Virus record (IMG/VR): IMGVR_UViG_3300032431_000019
Coordinates: 1-42,174 of that record
Length of the DNA: 42,174 bases
Origin: a virus
Strand: one strand, 5' to 3'
Below, in pieces: positions 22,101 through 32,128 of this stretch. Under the pieces are notes generated by a model that had not been told where the DNA came from, made no database searches, and saw nothing but the letters and a program-made list of their open reading frames with translations. Made by a program: the position numbers and the translations under genes. The stretch's first letter is position 1. Every line of letters starts with the position of its first letter.

Positions 22101-23696
22101 ATGAGTATTTTAGATAATCCATGGGAGTTGTGCGACGCTCTAGATTACCGTGGAGGTGCGCGCAACTTTTCTGCTATTCATTTTGAAATGATGGAAGAGT
22201 TGTGTAGTCCGCAACTCGACGATTACCAGTATGCGTCAAAGTTTGTGAAGGTTTCGCGAGGTCACCTCAAATCGACCTTGCTAATTTTATATATTCTTTG
22301 GCGCATTTATCGCAACCCAAACATTCGCATACTGTACTCCACAAACACTAAAGACTTGTCGCGCTCTTTCGTCAGAGAGGTGCGGCAGTATTTTGAGAGT
22401 GCAGAATTGCAAGACTCAGTGTGGAATAACCGCGAACACATAAGCGGTAATCTAGTACCTGCGCTAGATGCTGGCACTCGACGACGACGAAGTATGAGTG
22501 GTGATAATGATACAGAAGCGGCAGATAAAAAGATAATTTGGTCACGCGAAGCAATTCAAGTAATACGACCGAAGAAACTTAAAGAGCCTACTCTCGTTGC
22601 CGCTTCTATTTTATCTACCAACACTGGTGAGCATTACGATTTAATTATTAACGATGATGCTGTTGACTTCCAAAACTCTGACACAGAAGAGAAAGCTGAC
22701 AAAATTAAGGATTGGGCAATGGACGCGTACAGTGTTCTTGACCCGCCAATGTTTGACCAGACTACACCCACATTTGGAGAGTGGTTAGGTAACTCAATGT
22801 ATGTAATTGGTACAACCTACTACCCTTGGGATTACTACTCATTCATTGAACAAAATACTGATGCACTCGGCTTTTGCACCTTCGAGGCAAACATCTACGT
22901 TAATGGTATAAATAGTGAAGACGGCTACACCTACCCTGAAAAGTTCAATGATGCTTATGTCACATCATTGATGGGTAGAATGTCGCGCAAGAAGTTTTCC
23001 GCACAGTACCTTCTGCGTCACATTTCTGACGAAGATGTTATACTCGATGAAAGTCTTATTAATTATGTTGCACCCGCACAAGTGCATTTTACTGGTGACG
23101 GTTTTGCAACTGTAAATATTGGTGGTGGTCTTCAAAAGAGAATACGCCTCTTCATGGTGGTAGACCCATCGTCAGGTAAAACAAAGGGTGCAATCGACAA
23201 CACCGCAATTGCAGTAGGTGGTCAAGATGAGGCGCTCAATCTGTACGTCTTATATTTATATGCAAAGCGCACACTCACACACGAAACAATTAAACTGATT
23301 TATGAGCTATCAAGTAAGTATGGGTTGGTGTCTTGCTTTGTTCTTATACGAGGTGTGGGTGAACTTCTACCCCATGCGATAACTCGCGAACGCGCAACGT
23401 ACAACAAAAACATTGTAGTTAAACCAGTGCACGAAACTGGTAACAAAAAGTTGCGCATTACAAACGCGCTACAACCTATAATTAAACTTGGTAAATTGTA
23501 TGCTACCTCATGGGTGCAACTACACACGCCATTTATAAAAGAACTGCGCCAACATCCAGAGGGTACACAAGATGACTGTCTTGATGTGGTCACTGGTTTG
23601 GTGACAATTTCTTCAGGTACTCGACAAGGTAAACCAAATAGTGATAAGAGATGCAGACATCTAAAAATAAACAAAAAGTACGGCGGCTCGTTGTAG
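22101..23696 (+). CDS. terL: Terminase large subunit
   Basis: It has a Walker A-like VSRGHLKSTLL, an ATPase coupling region and a C-terminal nuclease-like MVVDPSSGKTKGAIDNTAIAVGG. It is 531 aa and lies directly upstream of the portal. Confidence 0.85.
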   Translation: MSILDNPWELCDALDYRGGARNFSAIHFEMMEELCSPQLDDYQYASKFVKVSRGHLKSTLLILYILWRIYRNPNIRILYSTNTKDLSRSFVREVRQYFESAELQDSVWNNREHISGNLVPALDAGTRRRRSMSGDNDTEAADKKIIWSREAIQVIRPKKLKEPTLVAASILSTNTGEHYDLIINDDAVDFQNSDTEEKADKIKDWAMDAYSVLDPPMFDQTTPTFGEWLGNSMYVIGTTYYPWDYYSFIEQNTDALGFCTFEANIYVNGINSEDGYTYPEKFNDAYVTSLMGRMSRKKFSAQYLLRHISDEDVILDESLINYVAPAQVHFTGDGFATVNIGGGLQKRIRLFMVVDPSSGKTKGAIDNTAIAVGGQDEALNLYVLYLYAKRTLTHETIKLIYELSSKYGLVSCFVLIRGVGELLPHAITRERATYNKNIVVKPVHETGNKKLRITNALQPIIKLGKLYATSWVQLHTPFIKELRQHPEGTQDDCLDVVTGLVTISSGTRQGKPNSDKRCRHLKINKKYGGSL

Positions 23697-25516
23697 ACAC
23701 TGATGAAGCGCGTGGTAAAGTTTTGCAGTACATGGTGACTCGCCTTTCTTCTATGAAAGATTGTCGCACCACAATTGAAGAGACTTGGGTAGAAACGTAT
23801 GCTCAGTACATTGCGTCTAGTGAAGCGCAAGGTGAACTGCGCTCTAAACAACTGGAAACAGTCGGCAATGTAGGTACAGATTGGCGGCACAATATTGATG
23901 TTGGTAAGGCATTTGAGGTAGTAGAGACTATTCATGCCTACCTTCTTGGCGCGCTCTTTCCTAATGATAACTGGTTTGACGCAGTTCCGCGTATGCCAGC
24001 AGACATTGACGCTATTCGTATCGTCAAGAAGTTCATGCGTGACGAACTTAAGGATTTAGAGTTCGAGATTGTCATGGATGACTTTGTGCGCCAGATGGTG
24101 ATAACTGGTAACTCTTGCCTGTTCTTTCCTTGGGACGACGATAATGACAGAGTTGACCTTGAAGTAATTAATGTGTTCGATTGCTGGTTAGACGCAATAG
24201 GTAAAGACCCTATGAACTCTGACTTTGTTCGACGAATGTATGTAAACCGTTCAGAGTTAGAAGAAAGGGCAAGTAAAGGTCAGTACGAACTCATTGATGA
24301 ACTTGATGTCGCGCACGTTATTGGTTTTCGCTCATTTAATACGTTCGATAGAGTTAAATCTTTCCAAGGTTTGAATAAAACTCAAATGGATAATGGCGAT
24401 ATCATTGAGGTGTACGAATATTGGGGTAGTGTAATTATAGACGGCGACGAATATAAGAACATGGTAATCACTTTCTGCACCGACAAGCTCTTAAGCGTCC
24501 AGCAGAACGAGTATTATTGTGGTGTACCAATGGTTTACTGCAATTACATACCAATGCTCGACACTGTGTACGGAATTGGTTCTTTGCAGTCTTCACTTGG
24601 TCTTATACACGTTTTAAACATACTGCAAAACCAGCGTTTAGATGGTATTGAGCTTGTCACCAACCCAATGTGGACAAAGAAGTCAACTTCTAATTTAACG
24701 TCAGAGGAATTGTACGCAGAACCGGGAAAAGTGCTCGAAGTTGACGACCATGATGATGTTAGACCAATGACTCCTGCTCAATTTAACGTAAGTATATCGT
24801 ATGAGGAGGCAGATAGAGCAGAAAGGGCTGTAGACAAGAACTGCGGAACTGGTCCTCTAGTGGGTGCAGGTGGTGGTAGGACTGGTGAGCGCGTAACTGC
24901 GGCTGAGATTGCAGCTGTTCGTGAAGCTGGCGGTAACAGATTGAGCAGTGTACACCGCAGACTTGAGAAGCGCGGCTTAACAGGTGCACTCAATAAAATA
25001 GTGAAAATTTATCAGCAGTATAAAAGCGAAGACTCTGTTGTTCGTTATGCTGGTGATAAAGCGGGTGAGTTTAACTATGCTGAAATTTCACCATCAGACA
25101 TTATGGATGTGCGCATTGATGCAAAAGGTTCTGACCATGTTATTGAGAAGCGCAAAGCACTCCAAGACATCTATGACTTTCTTGCAGCAGTAAACCAAGA
25201 CCAAGAAATGGGTGCACTCATTGATAAAGAAGCTGTGCTAAGACGAGTGATGCGACACCTACCATTCGATGACCCTCAAGAGTTCTTGAAGAAAGAGGCG
25301 ACACCCGCCGAAGACCCAATAGCGCAAATTGGCGGTCAGAGTGGTGCAAATGCAATTAATCAGCAGTTGCAAACAGACGGTGGAAATTCACTTGTAAATA
25401 TGTTAAAGGATAGTTATGGCAGACCAGCAACCACAATCGACCCCACAAGTCCCAACGTCGCCAGCGCAGGGCTTGACCCGAGTATCGGACAAAGCATCGA
25501 CGTTCCTCAACAATGA
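23651..25516 (+). CDS. Portal (head-tail connector) protein, podovirus type
   Basis: It is 621 aa and lies between TerL and the scaffold/capsid genes. The start is uncertain: 23651 overlaps TerL by 46 nt, and the next ATG is 23732. Confidence 0.8.
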   Translation: MQTSKNKQKVRRLVVDTDEARGKVLQYMVTRLSSMKDCRTTIEETWVETYAQYIASSEAQGELRSKQLETVGNVGTDWRHNIDVGKAFEVVETIHAYLLGALFPNDNWFDAVPRMPADIDAIRIVKKFMRDELKDLEFEIVMDDFVRQMVITGNSCLFFPWDDDNDRVDLEVINVFDCWLDAIGKDPMNSDFVRRMYVNRSELEERASKGQYELIDELDVAHVIGFRSFNTFDRVKSFQGLNKTQMDNGDIIEVYEYWGSVIIDGDEYKNMVITFCTDKLLSVQQNEYYCGVPMVYCNYIPMLDTVYGIGSLQSSLGLIHVLNILQNQRLDGIELVTNPMWTKKSTSNLTSEELYAEPGKVLEVDDHDDVRPMTPAQFNVSISYEEADRAERAVDKNCGTGPLVGAGGGRTGERVTAAEIAAVREAGGNRLSSVHRRLEKRGLTGALNKIVKIYQQYKSEDSVVRYAGDKAGEFNYAEISPSDIMDVRIDAKGSDHVIEKRKALQDIYDFLAAVNQDQEMGALIDKEAVLRRVMRHLPFDDPQEFLKKEATPAEDPIAQIGGQSGANAINQQLQTDGGNSLVNMLKDSYGRPATTIDPTSPNVASAGLDPSIGQSIDVPQQ

Positions 25517-26174
25517 AGGTCAAGAAGTCTTCATTGATGAAGATTTAGAAGTGACTGAAGGTGCAGCAGAAGAAGCTGACGAAGACGACACTGACTTGGT
25601 GAATCTACCTGACATCGAAGAGCCTATTGTCGAAGAGCTACCTCCAGAAGAGGAACTACCTCCAGAAGAGGTGAAGCTCGATGAGAAGTTCACTGCTTAC
25701 TTCGAGAAAGCTACAGGTATGCCAATGGCTGAGTTCGGTGCAACTATGCATCAATTCAAAACAATTGTTAATGATATTGGTGCAGATGGCTTTAAAGAAG
25801 GTGTCACTTTTATTAAGTCTGCTATGGCTGCTCAACAGATTGAGAGTCTACGTTCTGAAGTAGATGAAATGTGGTCTGTAGACCGTGCAGAAACTAATAA
25901 GCGCCTTAAAGCAATTAAGCCATACTTTGAACGTCTGTCAAAAGCGGACAAGAAACTGTATGACACTCCAAAGGGTGCAGACATCTTGTGGCGCTCTATC
26001 CAGAAGCAAACTGGTGGCGCTAAGACAAGTACATCGAAGGGTACAACTTCTCCTACAGGCAAGCGTTTCTTATACTCCCAGAGTGAGATAAACGCTATGT
26101 CGAGAGAAGAGTATGCAACACACGCAGACAGAATCACTTCTGCTTACAATAGAAATTTAGTTTCTGGAGAATAA
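25416..26174 (+). CDS. Scaffolding protein
   Basis: It has an acidic, helical N-terminal region (EELPPEEELPPEE) and lies immediately upstream of the capsid gene. AAGGA lies 5 nt upstream. It overlaps the portal 3' end by 101 nt. Confidence 0.6.
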   Translation: MADQQPQSTPQVPTSPAQGLTRVSDKASTFLNNEGQEVFIDEDLEVTEGAAEEADEDDTDLVNLPDIEEPIVEELPPEEELPPEEVKLDEKFTAYFEKATGMPMAEFGATMHQFKTIVNDIGADGFKEGVTFIKSAMAAQQIESLRSEVDEMWSVDRAETNKRLKAIKPYFERLSKADKKLYDTPKGADILWRSIQKQTGGAKTSTSKGTTSPTGKRFLYSQSEINAMSREEYATHADRITSAYNRNLVSGE

Positions 26175-26177
26175 ACA

Positions 26178-27203
26178 ATGGCTTTGCCACAACCCTATAA
26201 CGGCACTGCAATGACAGTTGCGGCTAACCCCAACTTCATTCCAAAGATGTGGCAGTCGGAGTTCAAACGTGAACTCGACGCAAACATCATTTTGTCGCAG
26301 TGTGTAGATAAAGTACCTTTTATCGGCAAGAAGGGTGATACTTTAAAGTATCCGCTAATTCGCAGAATGGCAGTAAATGAAAAGCTGGCGGAGACTCCAG
26401 TTCAGTTGCAAGCGTTCCAAGATGAAACTTGGGACTTAAAGGTAGACACCTACAAAGAAGTTTCATTTCTTGTTGAAGACATTCTTGACTTGCAATCGGC
26501 GTACTCACTGCGTCAGCCATATATCGAAGAAGCTTCTTACGCATTGGCTATCGACATTGACAACACTGTTCTCTCTTTGCGCGACAGCATCCCGCTTACA
26601 CAGCAGATTGTTGTTTCTGACAACGGTTTGATTACTGGTAATCCTCTAGCATTAAATGATGCGGCTATCCTTGCTGGATTGCAGTTGCTCAACGAAGCTA
26701 AAGCACCAAAGCGCGACCGTATGTGGATTGTCAGTGAAGGTCAGTACACTGACTTGCTTGGTATTGCCAAGTTTGTTTCAGCTGACTTTGTTAATGGTTC
26801 TCCTGTTAGCAATGGCATCGTCGGAAGCCTTTATGGTATTCCTGTAATGTCGACCACACAGATGATGGCTAACTCTTTGTTAGGGTACATCAATGGTTTT
26901 AACGGTATACCTCAACCTACTCCTGCTGTAGTTGGTTCTCCTTACCGCTCCAAGCAAGACCCTAATGTTGGCTTCGTACTTGCTGGTCTGCCTCGAGGTA
27001 GAACTGGTTTTGAAGTTGCGCAACCATTCGTATCTTGTATGTTGGTGCAAAAAGGTTGGGCGAAACTTGCAATGCAAAAAATGCCTAACAGTGAAATGTC
27101 TCGCGAGAATTTGATGCAAGCAGACGCCATCGTAAACACTCACGTTTACGGTACTCGCGTCTATCGCCCCGACCATTGCGTAATCGTGCACACTGCAATC
27201 TAA
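26178..27203 (+). CDS. Major capsid protein (HK97 fold, T7 gp10-like)
   Basis: It is 341 aa with GGAG upstream. The segment KEVSFLVEDILDLQSAYSLRQPYIEEASYALAIDIDNTVL parallels T7 gp10 (...LIYDIEDAMNHYDVRSEYTSQLGESLAMAADGAVL). Synteny supports the call. Confidence 0.85.
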   Translation: MALPQPYNGTAMTVAANPNFIPKMWQSEFKRELDANIILSQCVDKVPFIGKKGDTLKYPLIRRMAVNEKLAETPVQLQAFQDETWDLKVDTYKEVSFLVEDILDLQSAYSLRQPYIEEASYALAIDIDNTVLSLRDSIPLTQQIVVSDNGLITGNPLALNDAAILAGLQLLNEAKAPKRDRMWIVSEGQYTDLLGIAKFVSADFVNGSPVSNGIVGSLYGIPVMSTTQMMANSLLGYINGFNGIPQPTPAVVGSPYRSKQDPNVGFVLAGLPRGRTGFEVAQPFVSCMLVQKGWAKLAMQKMPNSEMSRENLMQADAIVNTHVYGTRVYRPDHCVIVHTAI

Positions 27204-27412
27204 TGAAAAGAACAGCTGTTAAGTCATCGAACATAAAAGCTGTTGGTTATGACTCAACTTCTAGAACGCTGGAGGTTGAGTTTCTCTCTGGTGGTTTATA
27301 CCAATATTTTGGAGTAGAGCCAGCGGTTGCACTTACTTTAAGAAGAACGAAGTCAAAAGGTCAGTACTTCGCAAACAACATAAAGAATGAATACGAAAGC
27401 AAGAAGTTATGA
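27203..27412 (+). CDS. KTSC-domain protein (69 aa)
   Basis: SSNIKAVGYDSTSRTLEVEFLSGGLYQYFGVEPAVALTLRRTKSKGQYFANNIK matches the KTSC signature (SSnI..vgYd.....L.V.F..G..Y.Y..VP......l....S.G.yf...Ik). It is TAATG-coupled to the capsid stop. Confidence 0.75.
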   Translation: MKRTAVKSSNIKAVGYDSTSRTLEVEFLSGGLYQYFGVEPAVALTLRRTKSKGQYFANNIKNEYESKKL

Positions 27413-28044
27413 TTACTCAATTAGATTTTATTAACTCTTGTCTACTCTCCATTGGTGAGATTGACTTCATGAAAGCAATTATTGTTTCTGCTGCTCAACG
27501 TCGCGCTTACAAGATATTTAAAGATACTTACGAAAGCTTCATTCATGAATATGGATGGAGCTTTCTTCGTAAGATTGGAGTACCTTTGTCTTGGGTAGGT
27601 AATGTCGCAACAGTACCACAATACTCTACTGTGCAGTCTGTGTTTTTAGGTTTAAAGAAGCTTACCGCAACTTATGAAGTGGAGATGCTTGGAGTAGACC
27701 AGACTAAAGAAGGTACAGTTGGTTATTACAACTTGGTTGATAACACAACTATAAAGTTCTATGCACTACCAAGAGTAACAGACAGAGCGCTAATTAAAAT
27801 AGATTACGTTTCTGACTTACCACTACCAGCCTTTAGTCAATTAGCGGCTATACCCTTCACTGATAGTTATGTTGCAATTATGCAGCACCTCATGTCTGCG
27901 AAACTTGCTCTACAAATGCTTGATGACCAAGGTGCGTATCAGTCATTTATGCAAGAGTATATGATGAGGGTAAAGAAAGCAATACAGAAAGACCAGCGCA
28001 TAGACAATGCACGACCTAACATGTTTAGAGGAGGTAGAAGATAA
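27409..28044 (+). CDS. Tail tubular protein A / adaptor-like (211 aa)
   Basis: Size and position after the capsid gene match T7 gp11. The call rests on synteny only. Confidence 0.55.
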   Translation: MITQLDFINSCLLSIGEIDFMKAIIVSAAQRRAYKIFKDTYESFIHEYGWSFLRKIGVPLSWVGNVATVPQYSTVQSVFLGLKKLTATYEVEMLGVDQTKEGTVGYYNLVDNTTIKFYALPRVTDRALIKIDYVSDLPLPAFSQLAAIPFTDSYVAIMQHLMSAKLALQMLDDQGAYQSFMQEYMMRVKKAIQKDQRIDNARPNMFRGGRR

Positions 28045-31000
28045 TGAAGAGAGAGTTTGGCGGTCTAAACATAATAAGTGGTTCTCTTTCACTACCCGAG
28101 AAAGATTCACCTTCTCTGCTGAATGTGGACTTTGATATTAGTGGTGCAGTAAAGAAGCGCAAAGGTACGCTGACAATCTACAAAGACAGCGCTACTTTAA
28201 ATCCAGTGTTTGTAAGTCGCTTTGTGACTATACTTGGATTTGAGTTTATTATCAGCAAGTACGACAACATCTTGAGGGTGCTAGATTTAGTTGATGATGT
28301 TTCAACTGTTGTGTGGTCAAAAGTTAACGTCTTCCGCGACGTTACTCTTACACCCTTCAGTGTACCTTTAGATGATAATATCAATCTTTTATTGTGTGAA
28401 AAGCATGCACCAATTCAAGTGCGCTTCCAAGAGTTCAGACAGAGCGTTGTCACTGCTGGCACAACCATTGATATCAATGTTGGCGTTGAGTGGGTTAACA
28501 CTTTTGTTGACACAATTGTGTATGTTAATGGCAAGCGCAGAACTGCCACAAGAGCGTATTCTGCTGGTGTACTCACACTTACCGCCATAACTCTTCTCGC
28601 TGGTGATAGTGTTTACGTTTGCACATTCTCTTGGCAGTGGTGGGCGGAGGCTTTGATTTGGTTTGGTGATAGCTTCTACCAACGAGTGTCGCGCTTTGGC
28701 TCATCTCCTGAAGATATACACGTTAAGATTCCTAACAGTATTGTTACGGATGAAATACCAGACGCAACTCGTTATGGTGTGTTTGCTTACCAGACAGACG
28801 CTTTCGGTAGACAGTATGCATTTAAGTCTAACAACCAGCCACAGATTTCATTAGATTACTCCTTCTCTGATGGTGCAAGTTATACACCTTCCGCAGAGAC
28901 GTTCACAAGTCCTTCAAGGTTCTTTGTAACCTTTGGTGATATTACTAGTGAAAATGAGCGCACGTTTTCTGACAAAGACGTTACTGCTAATCAAATTACA
29001 ATACTTAAGCACAAGTATGAAAGTTTCGATATAATATCTTTTAGAAATACTGAAGGTGACGTACCAAATGGTACTGTAGAGGGTAGCTCATACTTTGTCA
29101 AAAAGATTAGCGATGACATTATAGAGCTATACTCTAATGTTGCGCTCACTACAATTGTACCGCTAACAGCGCGTAACACAAGAGCTTTCACAGACTTGGC
29201 AGTAGACTACACCGACAACTTCATTGCGATAACTGCACATGGGTTTATATCTGGTCAACCAATAAGATTTACATCTAGTGGTAATCTTCCAGTTGGTCTA
29301 AGCGAAAACACAACTTACTATGCTTCAGCACTTAATGTAAATGCGTTCAGTATATTCTTTGACCAGAAGCTGCGAAAGAAAGTTATCTTTGTGTATCGCA
29401 CAGAGTTGTTCTTTAATGCTACAAACGTCTCTGGTAGTATATTAAATATACCTCAACACAACTTGTTCACAGGTGATGCTGTTAGGGTGAAAACTACTAA
29501 TGGCACACTACCAGCTACTTTAAATGCAACGAGCGTTTATTATGTACTTGCTCTTACTGCTGGCGCAATTAGACTTTATTCAGACTCTACACTACTAACA
29601 ATTGTTGCAAACTACACTGGTCTTGTTGGTGATATATTCCTGTATCTGGATGGTGGTGTACATAACGCTGTTGCTGATGGTTTGACAACAACAGTGTTGC
29701 GCGTTGCTTATGATGCTGTCTCTTTTATACGTTTGCGTCAGTTGCGCTTTAATGGCGAAAGCGGATTAACTGTTGCAAATCTTTCTGTGTTTGTAGATGG
29801 TGTTCTTGCTACGCGCAACAACACGCTGCTGGAGTCAGCGATTACACCTTCTTACTACACTCATGAAACAGAGTCACTCACTCCCTATATTGGTACTACC
29901 ACAAGACAGAAGTTTATTTCTTTCTCGGCGGACACACCTATTGGGGTAGATAAAGATTCGCTTGTAGAGTTGATAAACACTCAAACCTCTTGGTGTGGTA
30001 TCGCAGCGTTGAGTTCTAAGTTTAACTTTGATAACGGTTCGTATGTACCAGCTTATGGTTTCGGTGATTACGCAGACTACCTCACTGGAGTATTTCCAAC
30101 ATTTGGCGCACTCTATCAAAACAGGTTGTGCTTGTCGGGTTTAGATACAACTGTGTTAATCAGTGGCGTATATGACAGAGTTGTAGAAGATGCGCCTTAC
30201 AGGTACTTCCAGATAACAGATGATTTAGAGAACCCTCTCTTAGACCCTTTTCGTATTCGTATACCCTTCTCGCAGTCTGACTCAGTTACTGCTATGCGAC
30301 AGTGGCAGCAGTTCTTATTCATATTTACTCGCAGTGAGGTGTTTAAAACTTCTCTAGATGGTAACGGTCAATTCAACTCTAGCACACCATCTACTACATT
30401 GGCAGCTAGTGTTGGGTGTATAAGTAGAGAGGGTGTGGCGACAACTGAGAGTACCATCTATTTTGTGTCTGACTCAGGAGTGTTTGATTTAGCAGTAGCG
30501 GTGCAAAACGAGTACCGCGCTAGCGAAATCAGCTTGCCTATTCGTGAGATTGTAAAGAAGCTGACTAGAAGGACAAAGATTGTTTATGACAGTTTCAACA
30601 ACAAACTGTATATTTACGATGAGCGCCTTCTTGTTTACTTTACAGACATTAAGGCTTGGACTGAGTATCGCGCAATACTTCCATGGGATATAACTTCTTT
30701 GGTTAGTTGGCGTGACGCTACCATACTTTGCTGCAAGTTATTATGCGACTTTCAGATGGTGAAAACAGAGTATGAGAAGTATGTTGATTTTGCTAAGCGC
30801 TTTGTTGGTGGTGAGTCTGTGTATATGCAGCCTGTGATATCTACTACACCAACGTTTGCTTCTGTAAACAGATATTTATGCCATACTCCTTTTCTACCTG
30901 ACAGGTCTATAGAGGATGTACTGGTAAAGTTAAACTCTGTTGCGCTACAGTTTGGCACTGAGTGGTATAAGTTAGAAGACAATTACATTTATGTAGTGTC

Positions 31001-32117
31001 TCCTATCGTTGGTACACTTTCTTTTACTGCACTTTATGATGACACCTTCTATGGTGTGGTAGAAATTCTTGACAACGTTCTAGTACCACTTACAAATACT
31101 TCTTTGGGTATAGCAAATCCTGTGTCTGTCTGCGCAGAGCTGTTTGTAATTTATTACACCACAATGACAGTTAACTATTTAGACGGCACGACGTTTACTG
31201 CTACAAATGCAGACTACTCAACTCGCGCCGCTTTAGTAGCATCTGGCACTGTTCCCGCTAACACAGAAGTGATTACCAAAACTGATGGTAATACAGTTCT
31301 TAGAACAACTAGCCGAGCAACAGACCCGACGTTTGATGCTGGAGAATTGCGCATAGAGGCTTACACTACAAAAGCATTTACATCGTGGGTAGTTAATGTT
31401 GAAGCGTGGAGTTCTGCTGCACCAATTGAGATTAGCCGAACTAGCGAGTTATACGCGAGAACAGTTGGTGAGCAGTTTAATTACACTCTTGCTGGTAATC
31501 CTTCTAATGCTTTGCGTGTTGCTGCGCTACAGCCAAACGGATTATTTAGGAGTAACGTGAGTATATCGCGCACATTCCAAGCTGGTGGTAATGCTTTTGT
31601 GGTAGACAGGTTAGAGGCTTTCACTGTACCTAAAGTGTCAGACATTACTTTAAACACTGGATTAACAGTCACTAATTGGAAGTGTATTAGTGGTCTTTGC
31701 GTACCAGATGCAAACGGTGTTTATACGAGTCAAGTGGCGTGTAATGCGGCGTTGATACCACCTGCGTTTACTGGCGGACAATGTGTTAATCAAGCATATC
31801 TTGTCTTTGCAGACTTCTTGCAAGGTGGTATATGGCAAGGCATAGTCTACACAGGTATTGCCATGAATGGGCGAATCGTTAGCGTTGTGATTACGAATGA
31901 CACCGTAGTCTTCCCAAATGCATTGATTACCGCTACTAGCAGTGCTGGTGCTGTTGTGACAAGGAACGCAAGAGCCAATGTTAGTGGGCAAGAATGGCGT
32001 ACCCCTGCGGTAAGATTGGCTATTTATGGTTCTAGCTGGCTTAACCCACTAGGCGCAACTGGTCAAAGCGGTGCTATTGACGATGGATGCGGTAATCTTC
32101 CTTCAACTTGTCCATAA
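28044..32117 (+). CDS. Giant tail protein (1357 aa): tubular protein B / nozzle-like with extra repeat and Cys-rich modules
   Basis: GAGGAGG lies upstream. It occupies the position of T7 gp12. It has three tandem repeats of about 50 aa (28998-29595) and a C-terminal Cys-containing module (31675-32117). Confidence 0.7.
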   Translation: MKREFGGLNIISGSLSLPEKDSPSLLNVDFDISGAVKKRKGTLTIYKDSATLNPVFVSRFVTILGFEFIISKYDNILRVLDLVDDVSTVVWSKVNVFRDVTLTPFSVPLDDNINLLLCEKHAPIQVRFQEFRQSVVTAGTTIDINVGVEWVNTFVDTIVYVNGKRRTATRAYSAGVLTLTAITLLAGDSVYVCTFSWQWWAEALIWFGDSFYQRVSRFGSSPEDIHVKIPNSIVTDEIPDATRYGVFAYQTDAFGRQYAFKSNNQPQISLDYSFSDGASYTPSAETFTSPSRFFVTFGDITSENERTFSDKDVTANQITILKHKYESFDIISFRNTEGDVPNGTVEGSSYFVKKISDDIIELYSNVALTTIVPLTARNTRAFTDLAVDYTDNFIAITAHGFISGQPIRFTSSGNLPVGLSENTTYYASALNVNAFSIFFDQKLRKKVIFVYRTELFFNATNVSGSILNIPQHNLFTGDAVRVKTTNGTLPATLNATSVYYVLALTAGAIRLYSDSTLLTIVANYTGLVGDIFLYLDGGVHNAVADGLTTTVLRVAYDAVSFIRLRQLRFNGESGLTVANLSVFVDGVLATRNNTLLESAITPSYYTHETESLTPYIGTTTRQKFISFSADTPIGVDKDSLVELINTQTSWCGIAALSSKFNFDNGSYVPAYGFGDYADYLTGVFPTFGALYQNRLCLSGLDTTVLISGVYDRVVEDAPYRYFQITDDLENPLLDPFRIRIPFSQSDSVTAMRQWQQFLFIFTRSEVFKTSLDGNGQFNSSTPSTTLAASVGCISREGVATTESTIYFVSDSGVFDLAVAVQNEYRASEISLPIREIVKKLTRRTKIVYDSFNNKLYIYDERLLVYFTDIKAWTEYRAILPWDITSLVSWRDATILCCKLLCDFQMVKTEYEKYVDFAKRFVGGESVYMQPVISTTPTFASVNRYLCHTPFLPDRSIEDVLVKLNSVALQFGTEWYKLEDNYIYVVSPIVGTLSFTALYDDTFYGVVEILDNVLVPLTNTSLGIANPVSVCAELFVIYYTTMTVNYLDGTTFTATNADYSTRAALVASGTVPANTEVITKTDGNTVLRTTSRATDPTFDAGELRIEAYTTKAFTSWVVNVEAWSSAAPIEISRTSELYARTVGEQFNYTLAGNPSNALRVAALQPNGLFRSNVSISRTFQAGGNAFVVDRLEAFTVPKVSDITLNTGLTVTNWKCISGLCVPDANGVYTSQVACNAALIPPAFTGGQCVNQAYLVFADFLQGGIWQGIVYTGIAMNGRIVSVVITNDTVVFPNALITATSSAGAVVTRNARANVSGQEWRTPAVRLAIYGSSWLNPLGATGQSGAIDDGCGNLPSTCP

Positions 32118-32128
32118 CTTTACATGTA

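Noticed and set aside
23300-23935. 211-aa minus-strand ORF spanning the TerL-portal junction
   Set aside because: It is antisense to two well-supported genes and its composition is not protein-like. The many other 60-130-aa antisense or off-frame ORFs in the track were rejected for the same reason. Examples are 470-826, 3733-4062, 19762-20163, 20605-20988, 20989-21324, 21679-22035, 37235-38788 and 40117-41838.
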